Shown piece after piece: positions 1 through 1,351 of a stretch of 1,351 nt of DNA. The notes beneath the pieces were generated by a model. That model saw only the letters and a program-made list of their open reading frames with translations, did not search any database and was not told the origin of the DNA. Origin of the DNA: Naegleria gruberi (lineage: Eukaryota); the NCBI GenBank assembly GCA_000004985.1, contig GG739442.1. The stretch is one strand, 5' to 3'. Each line of letters begins with the position of its first letter. The stretch's first letter is position 1. Both the position numbers and the translations under genes were made by a program.

Positions 1-272
1 AGAGATTCCACATTGACAGCTGAATTACCAGTGAGGATAATAATTTTGACAGAATTTCCATACAAACGCTTCAACTCTTTAGCTGCCTCAATACCATCCA
101 TGTTTGGCATGTTAAGATCTGTAATCACCAACCTATGGCGTCGAATGTCAAAATTTTTAACTAATTCCTTTCCATCTGAGACAAAATCAGCTGTATATCC
201 TGTAATACTTTCAATGAGTTTGAGGATGACTTTTCTATTGATAGCATTATCTTCTGCCAGAATAATCTTTGA
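1..272 (-). other. Response-regulator receiver (REC) domain, truncated by the window edge. The predicted phospho-acceptor Asp codon is GAT at 117..119 (D in LVITDLNMP).
   Basis: SKIILAEDNAINRKVILKLIESITGYTADFVSDGKELVKNFDIRRHRLVITDLNMPNMDGIEAAKELKRLYGNSVKIIILTGNS. It has the acidic pair ED near the N-terminus, the hhhhD-hxMPxMDG phosphorylation-site block and the hhhhT block (IIILTG). The conserved Lys further C-terminal lies outside the window. A REC domain fused C-terminal to the kinase core defines a hybrid histidine kinase. Confidence 0.85.
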
Positions 273-615
273 ATAAACTTCTGGAGAATTGGTAGCAGCA
301 GATTCTTCACTCATTTCATGAACATTTGATAAAAGAGAAAGGTATCTCTGTTGAATTGAAAAATTCATCTTGGCTCCACTATTATCCCAATCAGAAAATT
401 CCGCCTTTTTCATTATTTTGAAAGGTAGTGTGACAATAAATGTACTTCCTTTTTCTAGTTCAGATTCCACATCTATAGTTCCATCCATTTGTTTAATAAA
501 TTGTAAGACAGTAGTTAAGCCCAATCCTGATGATGGAACGTGAGATTCGTTCACATTGTGTAATTGAATAAATGGCTCGAAAATTTCCTTAATATTTGAT
601 TCTGGAATGCCACAT
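1..615 (-). CDS. Hybrid sensor histidine kinase, exon B (3'-partial, continues below position 1). Encodes the rest of HATPase_c (G1 second half, F-box, G2 box), an inter-domain linker and about 90 aa of the C-terminal receiver domain.
   Basis: Minus-strand translation from 615, where base 615 completes the split codon gg|a = Gly: (G)CGIPESNIKEIFEPFIQLHNVNESHVPSSGLGLTTVLQFIKQMDGTIDVESELEKGSTFIVTLPFKIMKKAEFSDWDNSGAKMNFSIQQRYLSLLSNVHEMSEESAATNSPEVYSKIILAEDNAINRKVILKLIESITGYTADFVSDGKELVKNFDIRRHRLVITDLNMPNMDGIEAAKELKRLYGNSVKIIILTGNSAVNVES. There is no stop in this frame down to the window edge, and the codon phase is consistent (complete codons start at 3k). Confidence 0.85.
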
Positions 616-937
616 CTGTTTTCATATTAGATGAGAAATAAAATTCCACAACATACCCATGATCCTTGATTTTAAATTCAACTCTAGCGAATTCTGCTGA
701 TTCCTCTTGGATTGTCTCTATAATTTTGGCTTCCAATTCGACAGTGTTATTCTTACTTGAGGCTTTAACTGCATTAGTTAGTAAGTTAGATAAAATTTGA
801 TGTAAACTTGATGGATTTGATTCAATAATTAGATTTTCAACTTGAGAATAGTCAAATTCCAACTTGACTGAAAAATGATTCGAATAACCAGAAATGACAT
901 CTTTAAGGGATTTTAGACATTCTCCCAAATTGAATGT
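417..937 (-). other. HATPase_c (GHKL ATP-binding, CA) domain, split by the 41-nt intron at 616..656.
   Basis: N-box LHQILSNLLTNAVKAS (Asn codon about 773..775). G1 box IKDHG|CGIPE spans the splice junction. F-box IFEPFIQ. G2 box SSGLGLTTVLQFIKQMDGTIDVESELEKGSTFIVTLPF. All canonical boxes are present in the canonical order and spacing. Confidence 0.82.
616..656 (-). other. Spliceosomal intron, 41 nt, on the minus strand: 5' splice site GTATGT (656..651), putative branch point CTAAT (630..626, branch A at 627), 3' splice site CAG (618..616).
   Basis: The continuous frame reads KIKDHGYVVEFYFSSNMKTDVAFQNQILRKFSSHLFNYTM* and reaches TGA at 551..553 without the G1/F/G2 boxes. The +1 frame is open from 615 down to 1 and encodes CGIPESNIKEIFEPFIQ...SSGLGL...REC, but has a TAA stop just upstream, inside the CTAAT. 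Joining ...cat gg (657) to a tgt ggc... (615) via GTATGT...CAG restores the frame exactly and reconstitutes the conserved D-x-G-x-G-I-P-E G1 box (DHGCGIPE). The fungal-type donor GTATGT and a CTRAY branch motif 11 nt from the 3' splice site fit short fungal introns. Confidence 0.75.
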
Positions 938-1351
938 TTTTAAATACTCATCTCGTTTGTCATTCTTTGAATTGAATTCAATTTTCATCAATTGTAACAC
1001 TTCCTCAATGAGCATTAGCAAAATATTGTTGGATGAAATAATCATGTCAACCAGTCGATTTTGCTTGTCACTCATATTTGTTTCTTTCAATAATTCCAAA
1101 CTTCCCAATGACGACAGCAATGGGCACCTAAATTCATGTGAAATGTGAGACAAAAATGTACTTTTTGATTCTAGAGCTGACTCTAGTTTCTTACTGGTTT
1201 CTTCCAAAGTTGCAACTTTCTGCCTCAAATAACCAGTCACATTAACCTTGTAATAGGTGAATACCCAAATACAACAAGTCATTGAAGCACATTCACAAGC
1301 TGAATCCACAAATGTCTCACTACATCCCTTCCTCACAAATTCCATCACAGA
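657..1351 (-). CDS. Hybrid sensor histidine kinase, exon A (5'-partial, ORF open to the window edge at 1351). Encodes the Cys-rich segment, coiled-coil linker, HisKA (H-box) and the N-terminal part of HATPase_c (N-box, first half of the G1 box). It ends in codon phase 2 (...cat gg|).
   Basis: Minus-strand translation: SVMEFVRKGCSETFVDSACECASMTCCIWVFTYYKVNVTGYLRQKVATLEETSKKLESALESKSTFLSHISHEFRCPLLSSLGSLELLKETNMSDKQNRLVDMIISSNNILLMLIEEVLQLMKIEF...LHQILSNLLTNAVKAS...VEFKIKDHG. H-box SHISHEFRCPL matches the HisKA consensus (ShELRTPL). N-box LLTNAVKAS matches NLLxNAxKFT. The first 'M' in the ORF track is a GTG codon (1346..1348) and codon 1349..1351 is also sense, so the CDS continues upstream out of the window. 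Confidence 0.88.
977..1171 (-). other. HisKA (DHp) dimerisation/phosphotransfer domain. The predicted autophosphorylated His codon is CAT at 1136..1138 (H in SHEFRCPL).
   Basis: ESKSTFLSHISHEFRCPLLSSLGSLELLKETNMSDKQNRLVDMIISSNNILLMLIEEVLQLMKIE. This is a typical two-helix DHp pattern with the H-E-x-R-x-P-L box. It is preceded by a predicted coiled-coil or signalling helix (LRQKVATLEETSKKLESALES, about 1172..1230). Confidence 0.8.

Noticed and set aside
13-276. Plus-strand 87-aa ORF (MTAELPVRIIILTEFPYKRFNSLAASIP...).
   Set aside because: It lies exactly antisense to the well-conserved receiver-domain coding sequence on the minus strand (KIIILTGNS / LVITDLNMPNMDG). It has no recognisable motifs and a hydrophobic, low-complexity composition typical of antisense translations of AT-rich genes.
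366-368. Internal ATG (M in GAKMNFSIQQ) as a possible independent start for a stand-alone response regulator.
   Set aside because: The frame is open and continuous from the HATPase_c G2 box through the linker into REC. No stop or promoter-like gap separates the domains, so a fused hybrid kinase is the simpler reading.
968-995. Palindromic ttgaattgaattcaa stretch containing an EcoRI site, with a second GAATTC at 688..693.
   Set aside because: These are short palindromes expected by chance in AT-rich coding sequence. They encode the ordinary peptide IEFNSKN and are not spaced like operator half-sites or a repeat array.
894-1148. Plus-strand 84-aa ORF (MTSLRDFRHSPKLNVFKYSS...).
   Set aside because: It is antisense to the HisKA and HATPase_c coding region. 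It has no conserved motifs and exists because the antisense frame of an AT-rich CDS is poor in stop codons.
1171-1186. Inverted repeat ctagag-ctga-ctctag, which could form a 6-bp hairpin.
   Set aside because: It is fully explained by the coding amino-acid repeat LES-A-LES in the coiled-coil linker (cta gag tca gct cta gaa tca). There is no flanking U-tract or regulatory context, since the site is intragenic.
1224-1246. Possible second mini-intron (gttaatgtgactggttatttgag) on the minus strand, upstream of the coiled coil.
   Set aside because: It is only 23 nt, below any plausible spliceosomal minimum. It has a weak GTTAAT donor and no branch motif. The continuous reading (KVNVTGYLRQKV) is already in frame and looks like a normal linker.
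551-1348. Bacterial histidine kinase carrying a frameshift or 41-bp insertion, called as a pseudogene.
   Set aside because: The discontinuity is bounded exactly by GTATGT and CAG with an internal CTAAT. Removing it restores the frame and the DxGxGIPE motif, which is the signature of a spliceosomal intron rather than a random indel. A real frameshift cannot be fully excluded without transcript data.

Overview
The whole 1351-bp window lies inside one protein-coding gene on the minus strand. It encodes a eukaryotic-type (most plausibly fungal) hybrid sensor histidine kinase, and the gene runs off both ends of the window. The in-window part has a cysteine-rich segment, a coiled-coil linker, then the HisKA domain (H-box SHISHEFRCPL), the HATPase_c domain (N, G1, F and G2 boxes all recognisable), a short linker, and the N-terminal two-thirds of a receiver (REC) domain with the phospho-acceptor Asp. 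The 265-aa ORF in the supplied six-frame track (551..1348) misleads at its C-terminus. A 41-nt spliceosomal intron (minus-strand 5'-GTATGT...CTAAT...CAG-3', + coordinates 616..656) interrupts the G1 ATP-binding box. Splicing it out joins ...KIKDHG to CGIPESNIKEIFEPF..., recreating the canonical DxGxGIPE motif. The frame then continues without a stop to position 1, through the G2 box (SSGLGLTTV...GSTFIVTLPF) and the receiver domain (KIILAEDN...LVITDLNMPNMDG...KIIILTG). The two plus-strand ORFs are antisense artefacts. I see no promoters, RNA genes, mobile elements or CRISPR arrays, because the window is entirely intragenic. The sequence is AT-rich, roughly mid-60s % A+T by eye (not computed). 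Several conserved catalytic motifs carry unusual cysteine substitutions (HEFRCPL, DHGCGI), and a Cys cluster lies upstream of the kinase core. That makes a redox-sensing role a reasonable but unproven hypothesis.
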